In this document: positions 23,700 to 35,588 of the stretch, piece by piece
Numbering within the stretch: the stretch's first letter is position 1
How the letters are laid out: every line of letters begins with the position of its first letter
DNA from: Anaeramoeba ignava BMAN
Lineage: Eukaryota; Protista; Anaeramoebae
NCBI GenBank assembly: GCA_028826165.1
Contig: JAPDFW010000129.1
Span: forward strand, 62,001 to 126,000
Length of the DNA stretch: 64,000 nucleotides
Direction of reading: 5' to 3'
Position numbers and translations under genes: made by a program
Notes under the pieces: generated by a model
Database searches by the model: none
What the model saw: only the letters and a program-made list of their open reading frames with translations
Told to the model about the DNA's origin: nothing

Positions 23700-25454
23700 A
23701 TTAAATTTGTTAATTTTAATTCTAATTTCAGTTTTTGATTTGGATATTTTAATTTTCAATTTCTGATTTTCATTAATAATTTCTTCTTTAATTTGAATTC
23801 CATCTTTTTGATTTGATTTGAATAAATCCAATATTCAAATATTTGAAATGATTTATTACTTAATTCACTATAATCTGTAACTTTATTTGAAGTATCATTT
23901 GTTACAGATAAAAACATTCCTCGATATAATTCACTTCTCATTATTAATATTAATTTTGGGAAATTTATATTGTTTTTCTTTTCTTTCAATAATAAAATCT
24001 TTTTCATTTTCATTTTCATTTAAATAAATTCTTTTCATTGTTTCTTCAATTTTTTCATTTGAATTTATAATTTCTTTAATTTCAGAATATAATTTTGGAT
24101 TTGTTATTCTGTTTGAATAAATCATTTCAAATATTTGATTTGATTCTTTAATTGATTTTTTTGAAATAATTTCTTGAAGTTTTTCAATTTGATTTTGATT
24201 TTGATTTAATCTATATTTCAATATTAATTTATGAGCTTCAATTATTTCTCCATTTTCGGTTTTAAATGAAATATTACAAAATTCTTTTCTTCTAAATAGT
24301 TTTATCAAATCTTCTTCAAGATTAGAAAATTCTGCATAATAAAGAAAAGATTTGTAATATGCACAAGAAAGATGATAATTGTAAGGATCAAAACATAATT
24401 CAGGAAGTTCAATTTGAATTGGAATTGATTGATTATTTGTATCTCCAGTTCCTAATTGACCATACTGATTATTCCCAAAACCTATCAATTTTGAATTGGA
24501 AGTTAAAATCAAAGTATGAACATATCCACAAGAAAAATCAAGAATATTATCATTTTCAAATAAAGATGATTTGATTTCAGTAAATTCATAAGTATTTTCA
24601 TCTTCTTTGCCAAGTCCATTATACTGATAAGCGCCAGTTGAATAAAGTTTTCTTTTATTTTCTTCATTTTCAATTTCAATCAACATTATTGAATGATAAA
24701 ATCCACATTGAATATCAATTATTTTGCCTTTTGGAATATTTTGGATTTTGGTTAATTTTTGGATTGATTGATCTTTTCTTGATTCTCCTAATCCAAGTTG
24801 ACCAAATTCATTCCATCCACAACAAAATAATTCTTGATTTGAATTTAAAAGAAAAACATGATTTGAATTGGTTCCTGAAAATATTTTAGAAACATTTTTC
24901 ATCATTAAAATTGGTTTATGAGTTGTTTTCACAGAACTAAAATCAAAACCAAGTTGACCAAAAAGATTAGAACCAAATCCATAAGCATTTTGATTTGAAG
25001 TTAATAAGTAAATCGCATTAGCACCAGAAACAATATCTTGAATTATTCTATCATTTGGATCTTCAATTAATGATGAAAGTTGATACCATATATCAGGACC
25101 ATCAGAAATATCTGAATCATTAGCAAAAGCAAAATCTTGTTCTTCGTTTTTTGCAAGAACTAATCCTTCTTTTGTAAGAACTATAACTTGATTTGAACCA
25201 ACAGATACTTTTTGAATATTTTGCATATAAAGTTGATTTGTTTCATTGGAAAATGATAAATATTCATTTGCTTTTCCATTTTTAAAAAGTAAAATTATTG
25301 TAAAAACACCTGATAAAATTTGTTTAATTTCATTTTCATTTTCATTTTCATTTTCATTTTCAAATTTAAATTGAATTGGTTTTGTTATTTTATGTTCATA
25401 ATTTTTTAAAAGAAGTTGAAAATTATTTTGACCAAAAAATAAACAATAATTCAT
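23700..25454 (-). CDS. RCC1-BTB-BTB copy E (most divergent N-half; frameshifted/degraded 3' end)
   Basis: ORF 23931-25454 plus 23756-24019; has a unique segment NEEQDFAFANDSDISDGPDIWYQL. Confidence 0.85.
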
Positions 25455-25539
25455 TTTTGAAAAAGTAAAAAAATGAAAAGTGAAAAAATGGAGAAAAATT
25501 TTTTTGGATTTTTGCTTTTTTTTTATATTCGATTTTTTA

Positions 25540-27387
25540 ATTGAATTTAATTTGAATTTTTATTTGATTTTTGATTTAATTTGATTCGATTTAATTTGAT
25601 TTTGATTTGATTTGATTTGATTTGAATTGATTTTTGATTTTTGATTTTTGATTTGATTTGATTTTGATTTGATTTTGATTTTGATTTGATTTGATTTGAT
25701 TTTATTTTTGAATTTTGATTTGATTTTTGATTTGATTTTGATTTGATTTGATTTTTTATTTGAATTGATTTGAATTTTGATTTGATTTTGAATTTTGATT
25801 TGAATTTTGATTTGAATTTTGATTTAATTTTGATTTTGATTTGAATTGATTTTTGATTTAATTTGATTTGATTTGATTTGATTTTGATTTAATTTTTATT
25901 TGAATTTTTATTTGAATTGATTTGATTTGATTTGATTTGATTTGATTTTTGATTATGATTTAATTTTGATTTGATTTAATTTATTTTTGATTTTTTGATT
26001 TTTGATTTAATTTTGATTTGAATTGATTTGATTTTTGATTTGAATTTTGATTTGATTTGATTTGATTTGATTTGATTTGATTTTTGATTTTTGATTTTGA
26101 TTTGATTTTAATTTGATTTTGATTTGATTTAATTTGATTTTGATTTGATTTGATTTGATTTGATTTGATTTGATTTGATTTGATTTTGATTTGATTTTTA
26201 ATTTGGATTTGATTTTTGATATTTGATTTTGATTTTGATTTGATTTTGATTTGATTTTTGATTTTATTTTGATTTGATTTTGATTTTGATTTTGATTTTG
26301 ATTTATTTTGATTTTGATTTTTAATTTGATTTGATTTTGATTTAATTTGAATTTAATTTTGATTTGATTTGATTTGATTTTTGATTTGATATTTATTTTT
26401 GATTTGATTTTTTATTTGAATTTTGATTTGAATTTTGATTTGATTTTGATTTTTAATTTGATTTTTAATTTGATTCGATTTGATTTTTTATTTGATTTGA
26501 TTTTGATTTGATTTTAATTTTGATTTGATTTGATTTTTGATTTGAATTTGATTTTGATTTGATTTTGATTTTGATTTTTGATTTTGATTTGATTTTGATT
26601 TATTTTTTTGATTTGGATTTTGATTTGAATTTGGATTTGATTTTGATTTATTTTGATTTTGATTTAATTTATTTTGATTTTGATTTATTTTGATTTTGAT
26701 TTTTAATTGAATTTGATTTGATTTGATTTGATTTGATTTGATTTGATTTTTGATTTTTGATTTTTGATTTTTTATTTGATTTAATTTGATTTAGATTTTG
26801 ATTTTTGATTTTTGATTTAATTTGATTTAGATTTTGATTTTTGATTTTGATTTGATTTTGATTTTTAATTTTGATTTTTAATTTGAATTTGAATTTTGAT
26901 ATTTGATTTTGATTTTTGATTTGATTTTTATTTGATTTTTATTTGATTTGATTTTGATTTGATTTGATTTTGATTTATTTGAATTTTGATTTGATTTTGA
27001 TTTTATTTAATTTGATTTAATTTGATTTTATTTTGATTTGATTTAATTTGATTTGATTTGATTTGATTTGATTTGATTTTTGATTTTTGATTTTTGATTT
27101 GATTTGATTTTGATTTAATTTGATTTGATTTGATTTGATTTTGATTTGATTTTAATTTGATTTGATTTGATTTGATTTGATTTGATTTTAATTTGATTTG
27201 AATTTTGATTTGATTTGATTTTAATTTGATTTGAATTTTGATTTTTAATTTGATTTTTGATTTGAATTTGATTTTGATTTTTAATTTGATTTTGATTTAA
27301 TTGAATTTGATTTGATTTGATTTTTGATTTGATTTGATTTTTGATTTTTGATTTTTGATTTTAATTTGATTTTGATTTATTTTGATT
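25540..27387. repeat. About 1.9-kb degenerate (GATTT)/(GATTTT)n satellite continuous with the low-complexity PARG C-terminus
   Basis: Direct. Confidence 0.93.
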
Positions 27388-29096
27388 TTAATTTTTATTT
27401 GAATTTTGATTTGATTTTTTATTTGATTTTTTATTTGAATTTTTATTTGAATTTTGATTTGAATTTTGATTTGAATTTTGATTTGATTTTGAATTTTGAT
27501 TTGAATTTATAATTTCAATTTGATTTTCATTTTGATTTGAATGATCCATTAAAATTTGAGAAGAATCAACACCAGTATAACTTTTATCGCCCATATAAAC
27601 AAAGTTTTTACAAGAAGAAAAACGATTATAAAAAGGAATAAAATTTCCAACTGATTTTGCATTATGATCATCAAAAATACCAAAAGCAATTTTACGAAAT
27701 TTACCTGAAAATTGTGGTTCAAAAATAACTTGGTAAAAAAGATCAGCAATATGAGCAGGAGGACAACGGAAAGCACCGCAACCCCAAGCAGAAAGCACTA
27801 TTGTTTCATGGAATTCGAGAAGAGCGGTTGCTAAAATAATTCTCATTTTGGATTTGAAATTTGTTGCAATTGGTTCTTCAATTAAATTATCTTCTGTTAA
27901 TTTTGGATGTGAATATGCTGCTGCAGAAATACTTGCAAATGTTAATGGTTCGCTCATAAATTTATATCCTTTTTTTTCGTTTGATCGAAAGAATATTACA
28001 TTTGGTACGTAAATGTTGGAAATTTTATTAATTGGATAAAATGGTTTGAATTGTTCTTGATAATAAATAAAAGTGGATCGTCTTTTGATTTCAAAATGAA
28101 TTTTAATTTTAAAATGAATTTATTTTGATTTTGATTTTGATTTTGAAATTTTTAAAATGTTAAATTGATTTTAAATTTTGATTTTTTTGATTTTGATTTG
28201 AATTTTGATTTTTAATTTAAATTTTTGAATTTTTAATATTTTGATTTTAAATTTTGATTTTAATTTTTTTTAATTTTGATTTTTGATTTTAAATTAAATT
28301 GATTTTAATATTTAAAATAAATTTAAATATTTGATTTTGAATGGGAAATGTACCGAAATAAATTTTCTTCTTGTGCACCAGCTCCAGTTAAAAAACCACC
28401 ACCAGGACGTTTTTTGGAAGCCATATTCAAAATAACAGGAGTATAAGCTCTAAGTTTTACATTTGGATCATTTGCGAATTTTTCCAAATCTTGACGATAC
28501 ATAATCTCAGCAATATCAACACAATCACCTTTATAAAGAATAATTTCAGTATCAAATTTCTTCAAATTTCTTTTTTGAAGATCAGAAAGCAAAAGTTTAT
28601 CATCTGAATATAATTTAACTTGGTTTTTGCTTTTTTCTAATAATTCTATATCCAATTTGACTTCTTTTTTTTCCCCATTTTCTTCTTTATAAAAATATGA
28701 TCCTTTTTTGATACATTCAAGTGTTTCAAGTATGATTTCTTTTCTTAAATTGCGAAGTTCAAATGAATGTCTTGCTTTTGATTCTTGTTCGAATTTTTCA
28801 ATCCATTTTTCACTTGAAAGATATTCTGTTTGTGTTTTTGGATCTATTGAAATTAAATCCATTATATTTGTTCTGAATTTCGAAATATTTTTGTTTTCTT
28901 TATATAAATAATAATATTCATCAATTTTAATATGTTTTTCTTTCGGAAATCTATTTCTATTATTTTCATTTTTATTTTCATTTTTATTATTTTTTTTGTC
29001 TTGATAAAAAAATTGTTGTTTTGATTTATTTTTATTTTTATTTCTGTTTCTGTTTCTATTTCTATTTCTATTGTTTTGATTTTTTTTATCGCTCAT
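27388..29096 (-). CDS. Bacterial-type poly(ADP-ribose) glycohydrolase (DUF2263/TIGR02452 macrodomain), 2 exons
   Basis: Exon 1 29096-28354, GT-AG intron, exon 2 28081-27388. Motifs LNMASKKRPGGGFLTGAGAQEENLFRRST and VLSAWGCGAFRCPP match the PARG GGG-x6-QEE and GAWGCGAF loops. Confidence 0.9.
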
Positions 29097-29180
29097 AATT
29101 AAAATTTAAAATTTAAAATGAGAAAAATGAAAAACGAAAAATTTATTTTTTTTTTCTTTTTAAAAAAATGAAAAATGAAA

Positions 29181-29189
29181 TTACGTCAT
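29181..29189 (-). promoter_or_regulatory. Possible CRE/ATF-like site ATGACGTAA about 85 bp upstream of the PARG ATG
   Basis: CpG-containing bZIP-type motif directly adjacent to the TTTCATTTTTCATT motif in otherwise A/T-only DNA. Confidence 0.25.
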
Positions 29190-29268
29190 TCGATTTAAAA
29201 AAAAAGCAAAAAAAAAAAAAAGGAGAATGAAAAATTTTTTGGATATTTTTTTTAGATTAATCTGTTTT

Positions 29269-30736
29269 TTAAATGAAATAAGTCTCAAGTTCATTTACTT
29301 TCCATTCATTATAAGAACCAGCTAAATAACTTTTAGCTTCCTTTGAATTGAATTCAATTCCTTTAGGAAGATGAAAACTAGAACCTAAATTGGTATGACC
29401 AGATTTTAAAGAGGAACTTAGCAAAAAATCTGGACCTTCACTTTCAGAAAGTCCAAAAATTGGACCATGATTGAAATAGGAATAATAAATTGAATATTCT
29501 TCTTGCCCTTGTATAATTTTAAATCTTTGAGGCTTTCTATCATTCTTATCATTTCTTAAGGAGAAAATGAATGCATTTTTATCTGGAATATATCCACTTG
29601 AAAAGCTCCAATTTCCTTTTTTCCATTTTGATTTATCATCTGTAAATCCAACTGAAGTAAATCCTCCAAAAATATAATTCTTGTTAGTTTTGATAATAAT
29701 TAATGTTTTTCCTTTATTATCACAAATTGAATGCCATTTTTTGCAATCAAATCCATCTCTTTTTGCTGAAAATCCTTTTTTCATTTTGGAAAAGAATCGA
29801 TTATCATTTATCCATTTTTTTAATTTATGGATATGCTCTTTTTCTTTGAGAATTATTGATGATTTAAATATTATTCTGGATTTGAAAATGAGTGTATTTT
29901 GATTTTCTTTTTCAATAAATTGATTTAATTCATCATTTTGTTGAAGTTTTTGGAATTGAATTAATTTTTGTGAAATTTGATTTGGAATTAAATCTTCTTT
30001 TAAAATATCTTTAAGTTCTTGTTTTGAGAAATCAATAAATCTGATTTTATCAATTACATTTGAAATTTGATCTTGTAATTTTTCTTTTTCTTTTTTTTCT
30101 AATTCTTTTTCTTGATTAATATTTGATTTATGTTTTCCCCATTTTATTATTGTTTGGAATATTTTAAATTCATTTGCAGAAATTTCATCATTTGATAAAA
30201 TAAAATTTAAATGATTTTCTTCAAGTTCAAGAAAAAAAGGAGTTTTAATAAATTGTTCAAAATTATCCAAAATAAACTGATAAGAAGAATTTAGTAATTG
30301 ATTTAAGTTCATTGTTTCGGATAATTTTAAGAATATCAACAATAGTTTCGGGTTGTAAATTGTTTTTGATAAAATTTGAAGAAACATTAATTAATTCATC
30401 AATTAAATATTTTGATGAAAAAATTAAAATTTCTATTGCATTTTCTAAATTAATTTCAATTTTTCCTGAATAAAAATAATTTAAAATTGAAGATAGAATT
30501 GAATTTGAAACATCTTTTAGAATTATTTTATTTTCTTGATATTCTTTCATTTTAGAATTGAAAAGAGATTTAAAATAATAACTTCTTGATGAAAGAATTG
30601 ATTTATGAGTTTTAAATGAAGTTTGATTTTGTTCACAAATTATTTCAAAATCAAAATAACTTTCATTTTGGTTTTCATTTTGAAATAAATTTTTTAAATC
30701 ATTTGAAAGTTTTTCTAAATTTAAATAATTTTCCAT
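29269..30736 (-). CDS. BTB-BACK-TLDc protein, copy 4 (frameshift near 30325)
   Basis: ORFs 30263-30736 and 29269-30387 are colinear with copy 1. Confidence 0.87.
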
Positions 30737-30812
30737 TTTTTATTTAAAATGAAAAAAATGAAAAAATGAAAAATCATTTTTTTTTCTTCATTTTTTAAAA
30801 AATTAATTAATT

Positions 30813-31487
30813 ATGGATTCAAGAATTGAATTTGCAGAACAAAGAATTAAAGAAATTGAAGAAAAATTGAAAATTAAACATGAAATTGAAGTTACTAAAG
30901 AAGATGAAAAAATACTAGAAAAAATACCAGAAAAAGTATTAAAAGCAATAAAAGAAAAAAAAATGAAAGCAAAACCAAAATATGTTCCAAGTGATTATTA
31001 TGAAAAAACATTAGAAAAAAGAAGCAAAATATTAAATGCACCAAGTATAAATCATTTATGCAAATCAATTATTTTGGAAAATATTCATTATGAGAAAAAT
31101 TTGGAAGAAAATAATTTATTGAATCAAAAAAAAGAAGATGAACTTTTAAATGCAAAATATTTTTTGGTTCTTGTTCAATATTCAAAAAGATTAAATTTTG
31201 CGAAAATTGCGAATTTTTTCCGTTCTCTTTTAAAAGATGAAAAAAGAAAATTTGAATTCAAATTGGCACCAGAAAATATTTCTTTTGATTTAAGTGGTTT
31301 TGAACATAATGCAATTACACCAATTGGAATGAATGTGGATTTGCCTATTATTATTTCAGATTCCATTTGTGCTCTTTCTCCTCAGTTTTTTTGGATGGGA
31401 GGTGGTCAAGTTGATTTGAAATTATGCTGTTCAACTCTTGAATTCATGAATATTTTTCATCCTCTTATTGCTTCAATTACTGATTAA
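30813..31487 (+). CDS. YbaK/ProX-like aminoacyl-tRNA editing domain protein
   Basis: HLCKSIILEN (conserved Lys), LSGFEHNAITPIGM, FFWMGGGQVDLKL motifs. Confidence 0.82.
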   Translation: MDSRIEFAEQRIKEIEEKLKIKHEIEVTKEDEKILEKIPEKVLKAIKEKKMKAKPKYVPSDYYEKTLEKRSKILNAPSINHLCKSIILENIHYEKNLEENNLLNQKKEDELLNAKYFLVLVQYSKRLNFAKIANFFRSLLKDEKRKFEFKLAPENISFDLSGFEHNAITPIGMNVDLPIIISDSICALSPQFFWMGGGQVDLKLCCSTLEFMNIFHPLIASITD

Positions 31488-31549
31488 TTGATTTTCATTT
31501 TTTTCTTTTCAAAAAATAATTAAATAAATAAATAAATAAAAAAAGTGAA

Positions 31550-33454
31550 ATGAATGATTGTTTATTTTTTGGTCAAAATAATTTTCATTTTGTTGAAAAA
31601 GATACAAATCTAATAACAAAACCTTCACAATTAAACTTTGAATTTGAAAATGAAAATGAAATTAAACAAATTTCATCAGGTTATTTTGCAACAATTTTCC
31701 TTTTTAAAAATGGAAAAGCAATTCAATATTTAGAAGATTCAAAACAAAATCCTGAAAAAATACAAATTGAAAATATTCAAAAAGTAACTGTTGGTTTTTC
31801 AAATGAAGCTATTTTAACAATAGAAGGAAATGTATTTGCCAAAGGAATGAAGATGGATTCGAATTATCCAAATGAATTTATCAATATTTCATCATTAATT
31901 GAAGATACAAATGATAGAATAATTCAAGACGTTGTTTCTGGTGCTTATTCAATTTACTTATTAACTTCAAATCATAATGTTTATGGAATTGGCTATAGTT
32001 ATGATGGTCAACTTGGTTTTGGTTCTGAAACAATTCCAAAAACAGAAAAACCAATTTTAATGATGAAAAATGTTTCTAAAATATTTTCAGGAAATTCTTC
32101 AAATTATGTTTTTCTTTTAAATTCAAATCAAGAATTATTTGTATGTGGATATAATGGATTTGGTCAACTTGGATTAGGAGAATCAAGAAAAGAAGAAACA
32201 AAAATCCAAAAATTAACCAAAATCCAAAATATTCCAAAAGGCAAAATAATTGATATTCAATCTGGTTATAATCATTCAATAATATTGATTGAAAATGAAA
32301 ATGAAAATGAAAATCTAAAAAGAAAACTTTATTCATGTGGAGATTATCGAACTAATGGACTTGGCAAAAATGAAAATACTTATGAATTTACTGAAATGAA
32401 ATCACCTTTATTTGAAAATGAAAATGATAATATTCTTGATTTTTCTGTTGGATATAATCATACTTTGATTTTAACAATAAAAGGAAAATTGATAGCATTT
32501 GGAAGTAATTTATCTGGCCAATTAGGAACTAAATATACAAAAGATCAATTAATTCCAATTCAAATTGAACTTCCTAAATTAAGATTTAATGAAGATATTT
32601 TTAATTATCATGTTCTTTGTGGATATTTAAATTCATTTATTTATTATTCTCCTTTCCTTTCTTCTTTTTCCAATCTTGAAGAAGATTTGATAAAATTATT
32701 TGAAAGAAAAGAATTTTGTGATATTTCATTTAAAACCAAAAATGGAGAAATAATTGAAGCTCATAAATTAATATTAAAATATAGATTAAATCAAAATCAA
32801 AATCAAATTGAAAAACTTCAAGAAATTATTTCAAATAAATCAATTAAAGAATCAAATCAAATATTTGAAATGATTTATTCAAACAGAATTATAAATCCAA
32901 AATTATATTATGAAATTAAAGAAATTATAAATTTAAATGAAAAAATTGAAGAAACAATGAAAAGAATTTATTTAAATGAAAATGAAAATGAAAATGAAAA
33001 AGATTTTATTATTGAAAGAAAAGAAAAACAATATAAATTTCCAAAATTAATATTAATAATGAGAAGTGAATTATATCGAGGAATGTTTTTATCTGTAACA
33101 AATGATACTTCTAATAAGGTTACAGATTATAGTGAATTAAGTAATAAATCATTTCAATTATTTGAATATTGGATTTATTCAAATCAAATTAAAGATGAAA
33201 TTCAAATTACACAAGAAATTATTGAATGAAATTAAAATTGGAATTGATTATTTTCAATTAAATCAAACAAATCCAAATTTATTTGATTTATTAATTAATT
33301 AAAAATTTAATAAAATAAAAAATCAAAATTAAAATTAAAATTAAAATTAAAATTAAAAAAATAAAATTTAAAATCAAAATTAAAATTAAAATTAAAACTA
33401 AAATTAAAAAAATTAAATTAAAATTAAATTCAAAAAAGGAAATGTTTAATTTGT
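31550..33454 (+). CDS. RCC1-BTB-BTB copy F (frameshift near 33224; remnant QKRKCLIC tail at 33431-33454)
   Basis: ORF 31550-33229 plus downstream paralogous sequence. Confidence 0.85.
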
Positions 33455-33461
33455 AAAAGAA

Positions 33462-33563
33462 ATTATTAATGAAATTAAAATTGGAATTGATTATTTTCAA
33501 TTAAATCAAACAAATCCAAATTTATTTGATTTATTAATTAACAAATTTAATAATCAAAATTAA
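33462..33563 (+). pseudogene. Duplicated RCC1-BTB 3'-terminal fragment (IINEIKIGIDYFQLNQTNPNLFDLLINKFNNQN*)
   Basis: Near-exact repeat of about 33218-33300, located after the CaaX-like tail. Confidence 0.85.
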
Positions 33564-33603
33564 AATTTCAAAAATATTTTTTTTCATTTTTTTCTTTTCT
33601 AAA

Positions 33604-35420
33604 ATGAATAAAATTATATTTTTTGGAAGAAATCAATATCCAAAACTTATAAAAAATGCACCAAATAAAATAACAAAACCAATTCAATTTAAATTTGAAA
33701 ATAAAAATGAAAATGAAAATAAAAAACAAATTAAACAAATTTCAACAGGTTATTTTTCAACAATTTTCCTTTTTGAAAATGGAAAAGCAATAGAATATTT
33801 AGAATATCCTAATCCAAAACAAAATCCTCAAAAAATTCAAATTGAAGAAAATATTCAAAAAGTATCTGTTGGTTATCATAATGAAGCTATTTTAACAATA
33901 GAAGGAAATGTATTTGCAAAAGGATATGATATTAATCAAGAAAATTCAAATAAATTTATCAATATTTCATCATTAATTGAAGATACAAATGATAGAATAA
34001 TTCAAGATATTGTTTCTGGTGCTTATTCAATTTACTTATTAACTTCAAATCAAAATGTTTATGGAATTGGTTCAAATTATGATGGTCAACTTGGTTTTGA
34101 TTTTAAAACACTTGAAGAAGCAGAAAAACCAATTTTAATGATGAAAAATGTTTCTAAAATATTTTCAGGAAATTCTTCAAATTATGTTTTTCTTTTAAAT
34201 TCAAATCAAGAATTATTTGTATGCGGATATAATTCATTTGGACAACTTGGATTAGGAGAATCAAGAAAAGAAGAAACAAAAATCCAAAAATTAACCAAAA
34301 TCCAAAATATTCCAAAAGGCAAAATAATTGATATTCAATCTGGTTATAATCATTCAATAATATTGATTGAAAATGAAAATCAAAATGAAAATCAAAATGA
34401 AAATGAAAATCTAAAAAGAAAACTTTATTCATGTGGAGATTATCGAACTAATGGACTTGGCAAAAATGAAAATACTTATGAATTTACTGAAATGAAATCA
34501 TCTTTATTTGAAAATGAAAATGATAATATTCTTGATTTTTCTGTTGGATATAATCATACTTTGATTTTAACAATAAAAGGAAAATTGATAGCATTTGGAA
34601 GTAATTTCTCTGGCCAATTAGGAACTAAATATACAAAAGATCAATTAATTCCAATTCAAATTGAACTTCCTAAATTAAGATTTAATGAAGATATTTTTAA
34701 TTATCATGTTCTTTGTGGATATTTAAATTCATTTATTTATTATTCTCCTTTCCTTTCTTCTTTTTCCAATCTTGAAGAAGATTTGATAAAATTATTTGAA
34801 AGAAAAGAATTTTGTGATATTTCATTTAAAACCAAAAATGGAGAAATAATTGAAGCTCATAAATTAATATTAAAATATAGATTAAATCAAAATCAAAATC
34901 AAATTGAAAAACTTCAAGAAATTATTTCAAAAAAATCAATTAAAGAATCAAATCAAATATTTGAAATGATTTATTCAAACAGAATTATAAATCCAAAATT
35001 ATATTCTGAAATTAAAGAAATTATAAATTTAAATGAAAAAATTGAAGAAACAATGAAAAGAATTTATTTAAATGAAAATGAAAATGAAAAAGATTTTATT
35101 ATTGAAAGAAAAGAAAAACAATATAAATTTCCTAAATTAATATTAATAATGAGAAGTGAATTATATCGAGGAATGTTTTTATCTGTAACAGAAGATAAAT
35201 CAAATAAAGTTACAGATTATAGTGAATTAAGTAATAAATCATTTCAAATATTTGAATATTGGATTTATTCAAATCAAATTAAAGATGAAATTCAAATTAC
35301 ACAAGAAATCATTAATGAAATTAAAATTGGAATTGATTATTTTCAATTAAATCAAACAAATCCAAATTTATTTGATTTATTAATTAATAAATTTAAAATA
35401 ATCAAAATCAAAATTAAAAT
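33604..35420 (+). CDS. RCC1-BTB-BTB copy G (true end near 35400-35420; the poly-IK extension in the ORF track is a frameshift into the hexamer tract)
   Basis: ORF 33604-35664; paralogues end KFNNQN*. Confidence 0.88.
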
Positions 35421-35588
35421 TAAAATTAAAATCAAAATTAAAATTAAAATTAAAATTAAAATTAAAATTAAAATTAAAATTAAAATTAAAATCAAAATTA
35501 AAATTAAAATACAAATTAAAATCAAAATTAAAATTAAAATTAAAATTAAAATTTCATTTTTCATTTTTCATTTTTCATTTTTTTTGAA

